From Nitrospirota bacterium (GTDB lineage Bacteria; Nitrospirota; UBA9217), in NCBI GenBank assembly GCA_963796285.1, contig CAWCKW010000013.1, positions 96,001 through 160,000 on the forward strand: 64,000 nt of DNA, given 5' to 3'. The notes beneath the pieces are model-generated. The model did no database searches. It had not been told where the DNA came from and saw only the letters and a list, made by a program, of their open reading frames with translations. Of this stretch, positions 32,394 to 41,303 are shown one piece after another (position 1 is the first letter of the stretch; each line of letters begins with the position of its first letter). A program made the position numbers and the translations under genes.

Positions 32394-34187
32394 TTAATCG
32401 ATCGACCAGAACCTGCATGCCTTGATGCAGGATTTGCACTTCGTGCACTTTTCCGGATCGATATAGGCTACCTGTCCCTTTTCCCAAATAAGCGCCCCGG
32501 TCGGGCAGGCCTTAAAGCACTGACCGCATTTCTTACACTTGTCCTTGTCCACCACGAACTTGACGAGGGGAGTACAGACCCTGGCCGGACAGCGGTGCTC
32601 CTTGATGTGCGCCTCGTATTCGTCGCGGAAATACTTTATCGTGGTGAGCACCGGGTTGGGCGACGTCTGGCCCAGGCCGCAGAGCGAGGTGTCTTTGATC
32701 TGCTGCGAAAGCTCGAGCAGGAGCTCGATATCGCCCTCGCGGCCTTCGCCGTTCGTGATGCGCTGCAGAATGGTAAGAAGCGTTTTGTTGCCGATGCGGC
32801 AGGGAACGCACTTGCCGCAGGACTCGTCTTCCGTGAACTCGAGAAAGAACTTTGCCATGGCCGGCATGCAGGTCGTTTCATCCATCACCACCATGCCGCC
32901 GGAACCCATGATCGCGCCGGTTTTGTTGATATTCTCGAAGTCCACGGGCGTGTCGATCAGGGTATGAGGGATACAGCCGCCCGAAGGTCCTCCCATCTGC
33001 ACGGCCTTGAACTTTCGGTTGTTTTTGATTCCGCCGCCGATTTCAAAGATGATGGTCTTGAGCGGAGTGCCCATCGGCACCTCGACGAGGCCGATATTGT
33101 TAAGCGCGCCCGAGAGCGCGAACACCTTGGTCCCTTTGCTCTTTTCGGATCCGAGGCTCGAAAACCAGTCCGCGCCGTTCAGGATGATCGGCGGCACATT
33201 CGCAAAGGTCTCCACATTGTTCAGCACCGAGGGACGCATCCACAAGCCCTTGACCGCGGGAAACGGCGGTTTGGCCCGGGGCATGCCGCGCTTGCCCTCG
33301 ATGGACGCCATGAGGGCCGTCTCCTCGCCGCACACGAAAGCGCCCGCCCCCTGATAGATCTCGATATCGAGGTCGAACCCCGTGCCGAGGATATCGTTGC
33401 CCAGCAGCCCGTTCTCCTTGGCCTGATCAATGGCTATCTGGAGACGGTGCACGGCAAGCGGATACTCCGCGCGCACATAGATATAGCCATAGTGGGCGTT
33501 GATGCCTTTGGCCGCGATGATCATTCCCTCGAGCACCGAGTGGGGATCCGCCTCCATGACACTCCGGTCCATGAATGCGCCGGGGTCGCCCTCGTCGCCG
33601 TTGCACAGAATATACTTGATATCGCCCTGTACCCGGGCGCAAAGCTCCCACTTGAGGCCCGTGAGGAACCCGGCGCCGCCGCGTCCGCGCAGTCCCGAAC
33701 TCTTCACCGTGCTCACGATCTGCTCGGGCGTCATTTCGGTCAGCGCTTTGGCTGCGGCCATGTAGCCGTCGCGGGCAATATACTCCTCGATCTTCTCCGC
33801 ATCAATGAGACTCCGATTGCGAAGCGCCCGCAGCACCTGGTGCTTGAAGAACGGGATATCGTTCATCACGGGGATCGTGTTTTTCGCCGCTGGCGGCGTG
33901 TAGAGGAACTTCTCGACCGGCCTCCCCTTGATGAAGTGCTCCTCCACGAGGAACGACACATCCTCGGGCTTCACCAGCTGGTAGAAGATGTCCTCGGGGT
34001 ATACCACCATGACCGGGCCCTTGGCGCAGAATCCGTTGCACCCCGTCAGCACGATCTTGACCTCGTTCTGGAGGTTACGCTTGATGAGCTCGGTCTCGAG
34101 GGCGTCCTTGACCTTGAGCGATCCGTTCGCCACGCAACCCGTACCGGCGCAGATCATTATGTTAGAACGGTATGTCGTCGTTTCCAC
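32394..34187 (-). CDS. nuoF: NuoF / HydB-like (BfuB-like) flavoprotein with extra N-terminal [2Fe-2S] and C-terminal 2x[4Fe-4S]
   Basis: CAGTGC...GCNGFC, GRGGAGF, NGDEGDPGAFMDR, FVCGEETAL, GGPSGG, ESCGKCVPCR, CKKCGQCFKACP, CTKCKSCIKAC. Confidence 0.92.
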   Translation of the reverse strand: METTTYRSNIMICAGTGCVANGSLKVKDALETELIKRNLQNEVKIVLTGCNGFCAKGPVMVVYPEDIFYQLVKPEDVSFLVEEHFIKGRPVEKFLYTPPAAKNTIPVMNDIPFFKHQVLRALRNRSLIDAEKIEEYIARDGYMAAAKALTEMTPEQIVSTVKSSGLRGRGGAGFLTGLKWELCARVQGDIKYILCNGDEGDPGAFMDRSVMEADPHSVLEGMIIAAKGINAHYGYIYVRAEYPLAVHRLQIAIDQAKENGLLGNDILGTGFDLDIEIYQGAGAFVCGEETALMASIEGKRGMPRAKPPFPAVKGLWMRPSVLNNVETFANVPPIILNGADWFSSLGSEKSKGTKVFALSGALNNIGLVEVPMGTPLKTIIFEIGGGIKNNRKFKAVQMGGPSGGCIPHTLIDTPVDFENINKTGAIMGSGGMVVMDETTCMPAMAKFFLEFTEDESCGKCVPCRIGNKTLLTILQRITNGEGREGDIELLLELSQQIKDTSLCGLGQTSPNPVLTTIKYFRDEYEAHIKEHRCPARVCTPLVKFVVDKDKCKKCGQCFKACPTGALIWEKGQVAYIDPEKCTKCKSCIKACRFWSID

Positions 34188-34306
34188 GGTTATTTACTCC
34201 GTAAATATATTGGAAATTGAAGATTGGAAATTTTAAATTTTAAAGAAGAACATACTGTTTTTTAATCTACAATATTCAATCTACAATTTCCAATTTTCAA
34301 TTCTTC

Positions 34307-34684
34307 TTAATACGTCGTCTCATGCCCGACAACCAGCGCGTACTCCGGCACCGGCTTGCCCCCTGCGATGTGTTCGGCAAAGATTTTTCGCATTTTCTCG
34401 TCCGTCAGCGAAATGTATTTCACCGGCGGCTCACCCGTGGTCTCGATGGTGGCCATGGGCTCCTTGCTGCAAAGGCCCGCGCAGCCTGATGTGGTGATCG
34501 CGACGTCCTTCAGGTTCGATTTGGCAAGCTCTTCCATGATCGTGTTCATGATTCCCCTGGCGCCCGCGGCGATCCCGCAGGTCCCCATGTGCACCGTGAC
34601 CCTGACGCGGAACCCACCCTCGCGAAGTCCCTGGTGGTAATCTTCCTTGATCTTCTTTAAATCAGCGATCGTGAGTTTGGCCAT
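34307..34684 (-). CDS. Thioredoxin-like [2Fe-2S] ferredoxin (HydD/HndB-like)
   Basis: VHMGTCGIAAGA and SGCAGLCSKEP. Confidence 0.9.
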   Translation of the reverse strand: MAKLTIADLKKIKEDYHQGLREGGFRVRVTVHMGTCGIAAGARGIMNTIMEELAKSNLKDVAITTSGCAGLCSKEPMATIETTGEPPVKYISLTDEKMRKIFAEHIAGGKPVPEYALVVGHETTY

Positions 34685-34769
34685 AGTTCATCACTCCGTG
34701 AATTGTAAGATACGACATGACACCGGCTGGTGCGTGTGTATTTTGCGCTTTGTAATTTGCGTTGTGGTC

Positions 34770-35279
34770 CTACTCATACTTCTTGACAATGTCCATCACC
34801 TTCGTGGCGGCAACATCTCCGTAGGTGTCCTGGCCGATAACGACGACCGGCGCGAGACCGCACGCGCCAAGGCACCTCACGGCCTCGAGGGAATACCTCT
34901 TGTCCCGCGTTACTTCGCCGACCTCCAGATCGAGTTCGTCCTTGATCTTATTGAGGATCTCCTCGCTCCGTTTCACATAGCAGGCCGTGCCGAGACAGAC
35001 CCGGATCACGTGCTTGCCGCGCGGCACGAGCGTGAAGAACGAGTAAAAGGTCGCGACGCCGTAGACCACGCTCGGCGACATATTGAGACCCCGGGCAACG
35101 TATCGCTGCACCGCAGGGGGGAGATAACCGCATACTTCCTGTGCCTGCTGGAGCACGGGGATGAGAGAACCGGGTTTGTCCTTATACTTAGCGACGATCG
35201 CGTCGATCCTCAGGAACATGGCCGGCGTTATGACCTCATTGTTTGTCGCAGTCTGCTGTGCAACCGCTTCGCTACTCAT
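34770..35279 (-). CDS. nuoE: NuoE / HydC-like [2Fe-2S] subunit
   Basis: LIPVLQQAQEVCGYLP, GVATFYSFF, CLGTAC, CLGACGLAP. Confidence 0.93.
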   Translation of the reverse strand: MSSEAVAQQTATNNEVITPAMFLRIDAIVAKYKDKPGSLIPVLQQAQEVCGYLPPAVQRYVARGLNMSPSVVYGVATFYSFFTLVPRGKHVIRVCLGTACYVKRSEEILNKIKDELDLEVGEVTRDKRYSLEAVRCLGACGLAPVVVIGQDTYGDVAATKVMDIVKKYE

Positions 35280-35305
35280 CGTTTACCTCTTGGCAATGTG
35301 AAATG

Positions 35306-35842
35306 TCACTCTTCAAACCGGGTCTGCTCCCTGAACATGCCCCTGATCGCATCAAGCACCGCCGGAGCATTGATCGGCACCTCTTCAAGGTCGTTTTTGA
35401 TCTCCCGTGTGTCGAGCCGGAAGACCCTGTCGCCCTCCCGTGCCTCATACACAACATCAAGATCGGGGTGTCCAGCGATCAGAGTGAGCACCGTATCTGC
35501 CATGCTGCCGATCGCCGGCCGGTCCACATGGCTCCATCGAAAAATTACTGCGACCTTTGTTCCCTTGCCCGGAGCGGAATCCACGGTTACCTTCCCGCCT
35601 GCCTGCTCCGCCGCCTGGGACAGGAGCGGTATCCCCAGTCCCGTCTTTTTGTGTTTGGTGGTGAAAAAAGGGTCCCGGACCTTTGCAAGCGTCTCGGCAT
35701 CCATCCCCCTGCCGTCGTCAATCACTTCAACGCGGATACGGTCGTGCTCCACGTCCCTTGTGATAATGATCGATATCGTCTTCGCATCAGCGCGGACCGC
35801 GTTCTCGGCTATATCAAGGATATGCAGCGAGATATCTTCCAC
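35306..35842 (-). CDS. Stand-alone HATPase (GHKL) ATP-binding protein of hydrogenase-operon type
   Basis: VEDISLHILDIAENAVRA, DDGRGM, DPFFTTK, GLGIP, HVDRPAIG; no His-acceptor domain; GTG start. Confidence 0.88.
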   Translation of the reverse strand: MEDISLHILDIAENAVRADAKTISIIITRDVEHDRIRVEVIDDGRGMDAETLAKVRDPFFTTKHKKTGLGIPLLSQAAEQAGGKVTVDSAPGKGTKVAVIFRWSHVDRPAIGSMADTVLTLIAGHPDLDVVYEAREGDRVFRLDTREIKNDLEEVPINAPAVLDAIRGMFREQTRFEE

Positions 35843-35846
35843 GGCC

Positions 35847-36593
35847 TCAGCAGACCGCCTTCCTGCCGTCTCTGCCTGCCAGCGCTTTTTTGATCTCCGC
35901 CACGTTCCCGTCTTCGATCGTAAAGCACATGGTCCGTTTTCCGATGTCGCCGAGACCGTGAGCATCGGAACTGGTGATGATCGGATACTTCCCGCAGTCA
36001 GGGAACCGGATTGCCGCCTCGACCGCGGTCATATGCGCTGAGACCTCAAGGGCATCAAGAGCAAGCTGAGGCGGGACAAAGCCAAGCTGTCCAATGATGC
36101 TGAACGACTCTCGGTCCACATGCGCCGCGATCACCAGGCTTGCACCTTGTGCCGCGCGCGCCGCTTCAACGATTGCCGCGGCCGGCAGCGAGGTTGCCCC
36201 GATCAATAGCCGGTCGCAGAATCCGGTCACCCCGTCTTCGTCATCAGCGATCACCTGCTGGCCGAAGGCATGCTCATCATTCGTGCCCTGCTGGTGGCGG
36301 TAAATAAACCCCTGGAATTTCAGGAGATCGTCATCGTCATCAAAGAACACCAGGATGTGCGCTTCCTCGGAAGAGGTGACTTCCATCCCGCCCAGCACCA
36401 TCAGCCCGTTCCGCAAGCCCGCCTTTTTCACCGCAAGGACGTTTTCCGCCGAGTTGTGGTCACAAATACCGATCAGATCAAGGCCCTTCCCGAGGGCCGC
36501 ACTCACAACTTCACGGGGCGACATGTCCAGACCGGAGCACGGAGACAGGCAGGTATGCACATGCAGATCCGCCTTAATCCGCCTCAGCGCCAT
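35847..36593 (-). CDS. PHP-domain metal-dependent phosphoesterase
   Basis: DLHVHTCLSPC, ICDHN, GMEV...H, AAHVDR, SSDAH. Confidence 0.9.
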   Translation of the reverse strand: MALRRIKADLHVHTCLSPCSGLDMSPREVVSAALGKGLDLIGICDHNSAENVLAVKKAGLRNGLMVLGGMEVTSSEEAHILVFFDDDDDLLKFQGFIYRHQQGTNDEHAFGQQVIADDEDGVTGFCDRLLIGATSLPAAAIVEAARAAQGASLVIAAHVDRESFSIIGQLGFVPPQLALDALEVSAHMTAVEAAIRFPDCGKYPIITSSDAHGLGDIGKRTMCFTIEDGNVAEIKKALAGRDGRKAVC

Positions 36594-36924
36594 GGATCCC
36601 TGCCTTGTATAATCTACCAACCAGCTCAAATGCCGACAGACTGCTCACCAGGACTGGGATGCCCTCTTCCTCAGCCTTGGCAATGGTGTCCTTTTCGGGC
36701 TGCCGTCCCTGGACCAGGATAATGCCCGCCAAGTCCTTGTGCGACGCCACTGCCACGATATTCTGATGAATGTGGAGCGTTACCCAGAGAGTCCCCTCGT
36801 CTGCATGGGCCAGGACATCCGACAGGAGGTCGCTCACGTAACCGCTGCTCACCTCACGGTCAAGGTTTTTGGCGCCGGTTTTTACTTCCAGATCGAATTC
36901 CTTTACAAGGTCACTCAAGGTCAT
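36574..36924 (-). CDS. DRTGG-domain protein (HPr-kinase N-terminal-like)
   Basis: GYVSDLLSDVL, LWVT, NIVAVA, KAEEEGIPVL. Confidence 0.85.
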   Translation of the reverse strand: MTLSDLVKEFDLEVKTGAKNLDREVSSGYVSDLLSDVLAHADEGTLWVTLHIHQNIVAVASHKDLAGIILVQGRQPEKDTIAKAEEEGIPVLVSSLSAFELVGRLYKAGIHGAEAD

Positions 36925-36937
36925 AATGGGTTCCCGA

Positions 36938-37891
36938 TCAGCTCGTATAATAGAACTGCATGGTCAGATGCGTTCCGTCGGGCACCGACGATCTCAGGTC
37001 CATCTCATCGGCGCATTTCTTTATGTTCACCAGCCCCATGCCTGCACCGAACCCCAGTTCCCGCACCCAGTCGGGGGCAGTGGAGTATCCCGGCTGCATG
37101 GCACGCTCGACGTCCGGGATTCCAGGACCATTGTCTGTCACTTCCACAATGATTCCCCACTTTTCCACCTGGGCCCGTATCACACCGCCCTTGGTGTACG
37201 AGGCAAGGTTGATCTCGGCCTCATAGGTGGCCACCCCGATTCGCCTGAGGAGCGGGGGACAGACACCCAGTTTTTTGAGTGCGTTCTTGAGCTCGCTCGC
37301 TGCCTTGCCTGCCTCCTTCAAAGTTTGGCCCGCAACGTTGAACTTGAAAATGAAGCTGACCTCGTCAGCGGTTACGTCCTCAAAGAACTTCCGCATCGTG
37401 GGCCGATGACGCGCCAAGGCAGCCTTCGACTCGGTCTGTTCGTATTCGATCTCAAGCTTCCTGAGCAGTCCTTCGACGATGCTCCCCTTTGTAATGATGC
37501 CGACCAGCTCTTCCTGACGATTCAATACGGGGTATCGCTTAAACCCGTATTTGGAAAACTTCGCGATACAGTGAACGAGCAGTTCGTCGGCGTACAGGCA
37601 CTCAACCTTCGTCTTCATCTTGTCCCGGATGAGGGCGTTGATGTCATTATTACTGAGGGCATTGATCAGGTCCGCTATGCTGACCATGCCAACAAGCTTC
37701 CCGTTCTCGACGACCGGCGTTCCGGAGATGCGGTTGGCCTTCAGGAGGATACTGAGCTCAGACATGGTCTGGTCCGGCCTTACGGTAACGACCGTGGCGG
37801 ACATGACCTCGCCGACCGTGATCTCATAGACCATCTCCTGGGTCTTGGTCACCCGGTCCGTCGCTGCCTGCTCTTTTTCTTGTTGTTCCAT
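36938..37891 (-). CDS. CBS-pair + RsbT/SpoIIAB-like Ser/Thr kinase fusion
   Basis: ISGTPVV...LVGMVS and RYPVL...LVGIIT CBS motifs; YEAEIN, DNGPGIPDVERAMQPGYSTA, GFGAGMGLVN. Confidence 0.9.
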   Translation of the reverse strand: MEQQEKEQAATDRVTKTQEMVYEITVGEVMSATVVTVRPDQTMSELSILLKANRISGTPVVENGKLVGMVSIADLINALSNNDINALIRDKMKTKVECLYADELLVHCIAKFSKYGFKRYPVLNRQEELVGIITKGSIVEGLLRKLEIEYEQTESKAALARHRPTMRKFFEDVTADEVSFIFKFNVAGQTLKEAGKAASELKNALKKLGVCPPLLRRIGVATYEAEINLASYTKGGVIRAQVEKWGIIVEVTDNGPGIPDVERAMQPGYSTAPDWVRELGFGAGMGLVNIKKCADEMDLRSSVPDGTHLTMQFYYTS

Positions 37892-37895
37892 CCGT

Positions 37896-38252
37896 CTAAT
37901 GCCGCTCGGCCACTCCTCTAAGTCCTTTCAAGTACAGTATGCCGCAGGCCTCGAACATCGTGAGCTTCGTCACGAACAGGGGGATGTCCTTCTGTTTTGC
38001 CAGCGCCACAGTGTCAGCATCCGGCTGCTTGCCGCGCACGACGCAGACCGCCTGGATATCAGCGATGTCGGCCGTCCGTACCGCCTGGGGGTTGGTGAGT
38101 CCCGTGATCAGAATGCCGTTTGCGTGAGTGCGGCCGAGCACGTCGCTCATGAGGTCGGCGCTGAAGCAGTGCTCCACCTCGATCTCATCGATAAGGCCGT
38201 TCCCGGCAAGGACCTGCGCGCCCAAGAGATTCACAATCTCTCTCAAATTCAT
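37896..38252 (-). CDS. DRTGG-domain protein
   Basis: FSADLMSDVL, LITGLTNPQAVRTA, VRGKQP, MFEACGILY. Confidence 0.87.
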   Translation of the reverse strand: MNLREIVNLLGAQVLAGNGLIDEIEVEHCFSADLMSDVLGRTHANGILITGLTNPQAVRTADIADIQAVCVVRGKQPDADTVALAKQKDIPLFVTKLTMFEACGILYLKGLRGVAERH

Positions 38253-38268
38253 CCGGCAACCCTCTCCT

Positions 38269-39463
38269 CTATCGGTCACACTCGCCGAGCACGATATCGA
38301 TCGTGCCGATGCAGGCGATAACATCCGCCATCATATGTCCGGTCACCATCTTCGGAAGGGCGCTCACATGCACATACGATGGCGCGCGGATCTTGATGCG
38401 GTACGGCCTGCCGCTGCCGTCGCTCACGATATAAAACCCGAGCTCGCCCTTCGGCGCTTCGGTGGCCACGTAGACTTCGCCCTTGGGCATGGGGACCCAC
38501 TTGCTCATGTACACGAACTGGTGCGCAAGGGACTGCATGTTCTGCATAACCTGTCGTCTTCTCCGGCATGGCGTAGCGCGGGTCATCGGTCGTGATGGGC
38601 CCCGGCTGCATCATGTCCAGACATTGTTTGATGATACGGTTGCTTTGGCGCATCTCGTTGATGCGCACGATGTACCGGTCGTACACGTCCCCGTTCTTCC
38701 CGAGCGGGACATCGAACTCCACCTTGTCATACGCAGCATAGGGCTCTACCTTGCGCAGGTCGTAGTTCACTCCCGAGCCGCGGAGCGTGCCGCCGGTCAG
38801 ACCGTAGTTGACCGCGTCCTCGGCCGAGAACACGCCGATACCCACTGTCCGCTTGAGCCAGATCCGGTTCTCCCGGATAAGCGTATCGTAATCCTCGAGC
38901 CGCTTGGGGAACACTTCGGTGAACTCGCGGCACTTATCGATAAAATCGCGCGGCACGTCGTTCCGCAGACCGCCGATGCGGACATAACTTACGGTCTGTC
39001 GCGCTCCCGTCACCATCTCCGTCAGATCGAGGATGAGTTCCCGTTCCCGCAGCGTGTACATGCAGACCGTCATGGCGCCGATATCAAGGGCGTGGGTACC
39101 GAGCCACACTAGGTGCCCGGAAAGCCTCGTGAGCTCGGCCATCAGCGTCCTGATGAACTGCGCCCGCTCCGGCACGGTGATGCCGGCGAGCTTCTCCACG
39201 GCCACGACGTAGCCCAGGTTGTTGTTCATGCAGGTGATATATTCCAGCCGGTCCGTCATGGGGATGATCTGGTGGTAGGTGCGGCTCTCCATCCACTTTT
39301 CGATCCCGCGGTGAAGATACCCGGGACGCGGGTCACAGCCCACCACGGTCTCGCCCTGCAGATCGAGCACCAGGCGCAGCACGCCGTGGGTGGCCGGATG
39401 CTGGGGACCCATGTTGAGGGTAATTTCTTTTTGCACTATCTCTTTAGTCTCGGTAACGGACAT
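38269..39463 (-). CDS. nuoD: NADH-quinone oxidoreductase subunit D (frameshift near 38555)
   Basis: [42 protein letters not shown]; no NiFe CxxC ligands. Confidence 0.96.
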
Positions 39464-39575
39464 ATGTTCACCATGTAATGTCAAATGTCAAAACCCAAAG
39501 TTCAATTCAAACTTCAAACAGCAAGGCCACATGTTAAAATATTTTGACCTTTGAATTTTAAACTTTGAATTTTCT

Positions 39576-40046
39576 TCAGTAGCCTTTCAGCGGATATTCC
39601 TTCCGGAGAGGATACCCTTCCCAGTCCTCGGGCAGGAGGATCCTGCGGAGGTCCGGATGACCGTCGAATTTTATTCCCATAAGGTCATAGGTCTCTCGCT
39701 CATGCCAGTTCGCTGTATGCCAGATCGCGGAGACCGTGTCTATTCGCGGGTCCTCTTCCGGTACTCTGACCTTCAAGCGAATACGATGGTGGAATGTGAT
39801 CGAGATCATATTGTACACGACCTCGAACCGCGGTCCGCTGTCGCCGGGGTAAGTTGAAAAATCGACTGCCGTAAGATCGGCCAGATGGTCCATCCTGACC
39901 AACGGTTCGTCGCGGAGGTAGAGGCAGATGTCCCGGATCATGTCCTTTTTGAGGGACACTCCCACCTGCCCCGCATGGGTCGTCGTGCCGAGTACCTGGC
40001 CGGGAAAGTTTTCTTCTATCATTTTGGCGATCTGCAAGGGGTCCAT
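39576..40046 (-). CDS. nuoC: NADH-quinone oxidoreductase subunit C
   Basis: RFEVVY, ANWHERETYDLMGIKFDGHPDLRRIL, PLRKEYP. Confidence 0.97.
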   Translation of the reverse strand: MDPLQIAKMIEENFPGQVLGTTTHAGQVGVSLKKDMIRDICLYLRDEPLVRMDHLADLTAVDFSTYPGDSGPRFEVVYNMISITFHHRIRLKVRVPEEDPRIDTVSAIWHTANWHERETYDLMGIKFDGHPDLRRILLPEDWEGYPLRKEYPLKGY

Positions 40047-40167
40047 ACAACCTCGTATCGTACTGATCTCTACCCAAGGCTCCGGGGCAAAGCGGCCTGG
40101 TATTCGGAGTCTCTGTGGCCTGCTGCAGGAGATTGGGTATCGTCTGTGTTGATCTTGTGTGCAGGAT

Positions 40168-40647
40168 CTACTTCCGGATGTAATGCTCAGCTCTGATCTT
40201 TTCCTGAAGCTTCATGATGCCGAACATGAGGGCCTCCGGCCGCGGCGGACAGCCGGGGATATACACGTCTACCGGGACAATATTATCTACCCCCTGGACC
40301 ACGCTGTAGGTGTTGAAGATCCCGCCGGAACCGGCGCAACTGCCCATGGCAATGACATACCGCGGCTCTGGCATCTGGTCGTACACACGGCGCACGATCG
40401 GGGCCATCTTTTTAGTCAAGGTTCCGGCGACGAGCAGAAGGTCTGACTGCCTTGGTGACGGTCGAGGCACCGTGCCGAACCGGTCGAAATCATGCTGCGG
40501 AGCGGAGTAGTACTGGATCATCTCGATGGCGCAGCATGCGAGACCGAACGTCATGGGCCAGATGGAGTAGGAACGCGCAAGGTTTAAAAGCTCATCGAGC
40601 TTCGTGGTGATGTACCCCTCTTCGAAGGCGTTCTGGATTATTCCCAT
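40168..40647 (-). CDS. nuoB: NADH-quinone oxidoreductase subunit B
   Basis: [27 protein letters not shown]. Confidence 0.97.
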   Translation of the reverse strand: MGIIQNAFEEGYITTKLDELLNLARSYSIWPMTFGLACCAIEMIQYYSAPQHDFDRFGTVPRPSPRQSDLLLVAGTLTKKMAPIVRRVYDQMPEPRYVIAMGSCAGSGGIFNTYSVVQGVDNIVPVDVYIPGCPPRPEALMFGIMKLQEKIRAEHYIRK

Positions 40648-41012
40648 TCAAGGGCCCCCTTCTTCCACGCATAAAGATACCCAACGAGCAGGATGGCGAT
40701 GAAGACCACCATTTCCACGAAACCGTACAGGCCAATGTAGTCATAGGCTACGGCCCAGGGATAGAGAAACACGGATTCGATGTCGAATATGAGGAACAGC
40801 ATGGCGATGATGTAGTAACGGATAGAGAACTTCTGATGGGCGTCCATGAAGGGCGTGATGCCGGACTCGTAGGTCAGCAGCTTTTCGGGATAGGGGTTCC
40901 GCGGCCGGAGGACCCAGCTGAAGACAAGCATCCCGATGCCGACGGCGGAGCCGAGCAGCAAAAAAACGATCACGGGCAGAAAGTGGTCCGGAAGATAGGT
41001 ACTTGGTGTCAT
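40638..41012 (-). CDS. nuoA: NADH-quinone oxidoreductase subunit A
   Basis: [27 protein letters not shown]. Confidence 0.97.
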   Translation of the reverse strand: MTPSTYLPDHFLPVIVFLLLGSAVGIGMLVFSWVLRPRNPYPEKLLTYESGITPFMDAHQKFSIRYYIIAMLFLIFDIESVFLYPWAVAYDYIGLYGFVEMVVFIAILLVGYLYAWKKGALEWE

Positions 41013-41067
41013 ACACTAAACTCCCTGCTATTAAATTTTGGATTAGCAGAACTTCTAAAACGGGCTC

Positions 41068-41096
41068 ATGATAAGCCATGCAAAAAAATTTGTCAA
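41068..41096 (-). promoter_or_regulatory. Sigma70 promoter of the nuo operon
   Basis: TTGACA-N17-TATCAT, -10 element 55 bp upstream of the nuoA ATG. Confidence 0.75.
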
Positions 41097-41303
41097 GCAA
41101 AACATTTGCACAAAAAGTTGCTCGGTTCATACGAATCAAGTGTTGAGATTTCGCGGCCCGGGAAGCCCTTTCCCCTTGTTTTCAGGCGTTTGAAGCAGTA
41201 CAATAGCCTCCACTCGTGAGGTTCGCCAGAACCTATCCGCCTTCCCCCATGTTGCCCTTCACTCTTGAACAAGGAGATTTTTAATGTTACACATTAAACG
41301 TGA

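Noticed and set aside
28450-36041. Long plus-strand ORFs (516, 626, 464 and 375 aa)
   Set aside because: They are antisense to well-supported nuo genes, as expected in GC-rich coding DNA, and carry no motifs
38540-38570. Programmed frameshift or split nuoD (likewise nuoM ~25210)
   Set aside because: No slippery heptamer or stimulatory signal; a single-base error is more parsimonious given the many other indels
38269-40647. Group 4 [NiFe]-hydrogenase interpretation of nuoBCD
   Set aside because: The large subunit lacks both CxxC Ni-binding motifs (DRLEY; DIVLGECDR) and has the quinone-site His/Tyr residues
41090-41113. Possible Rex operator at the nuo promoter
   Set aside because: Only one half-site (TTGTGCA) matches TTGTGAAnnnnTTCACAA
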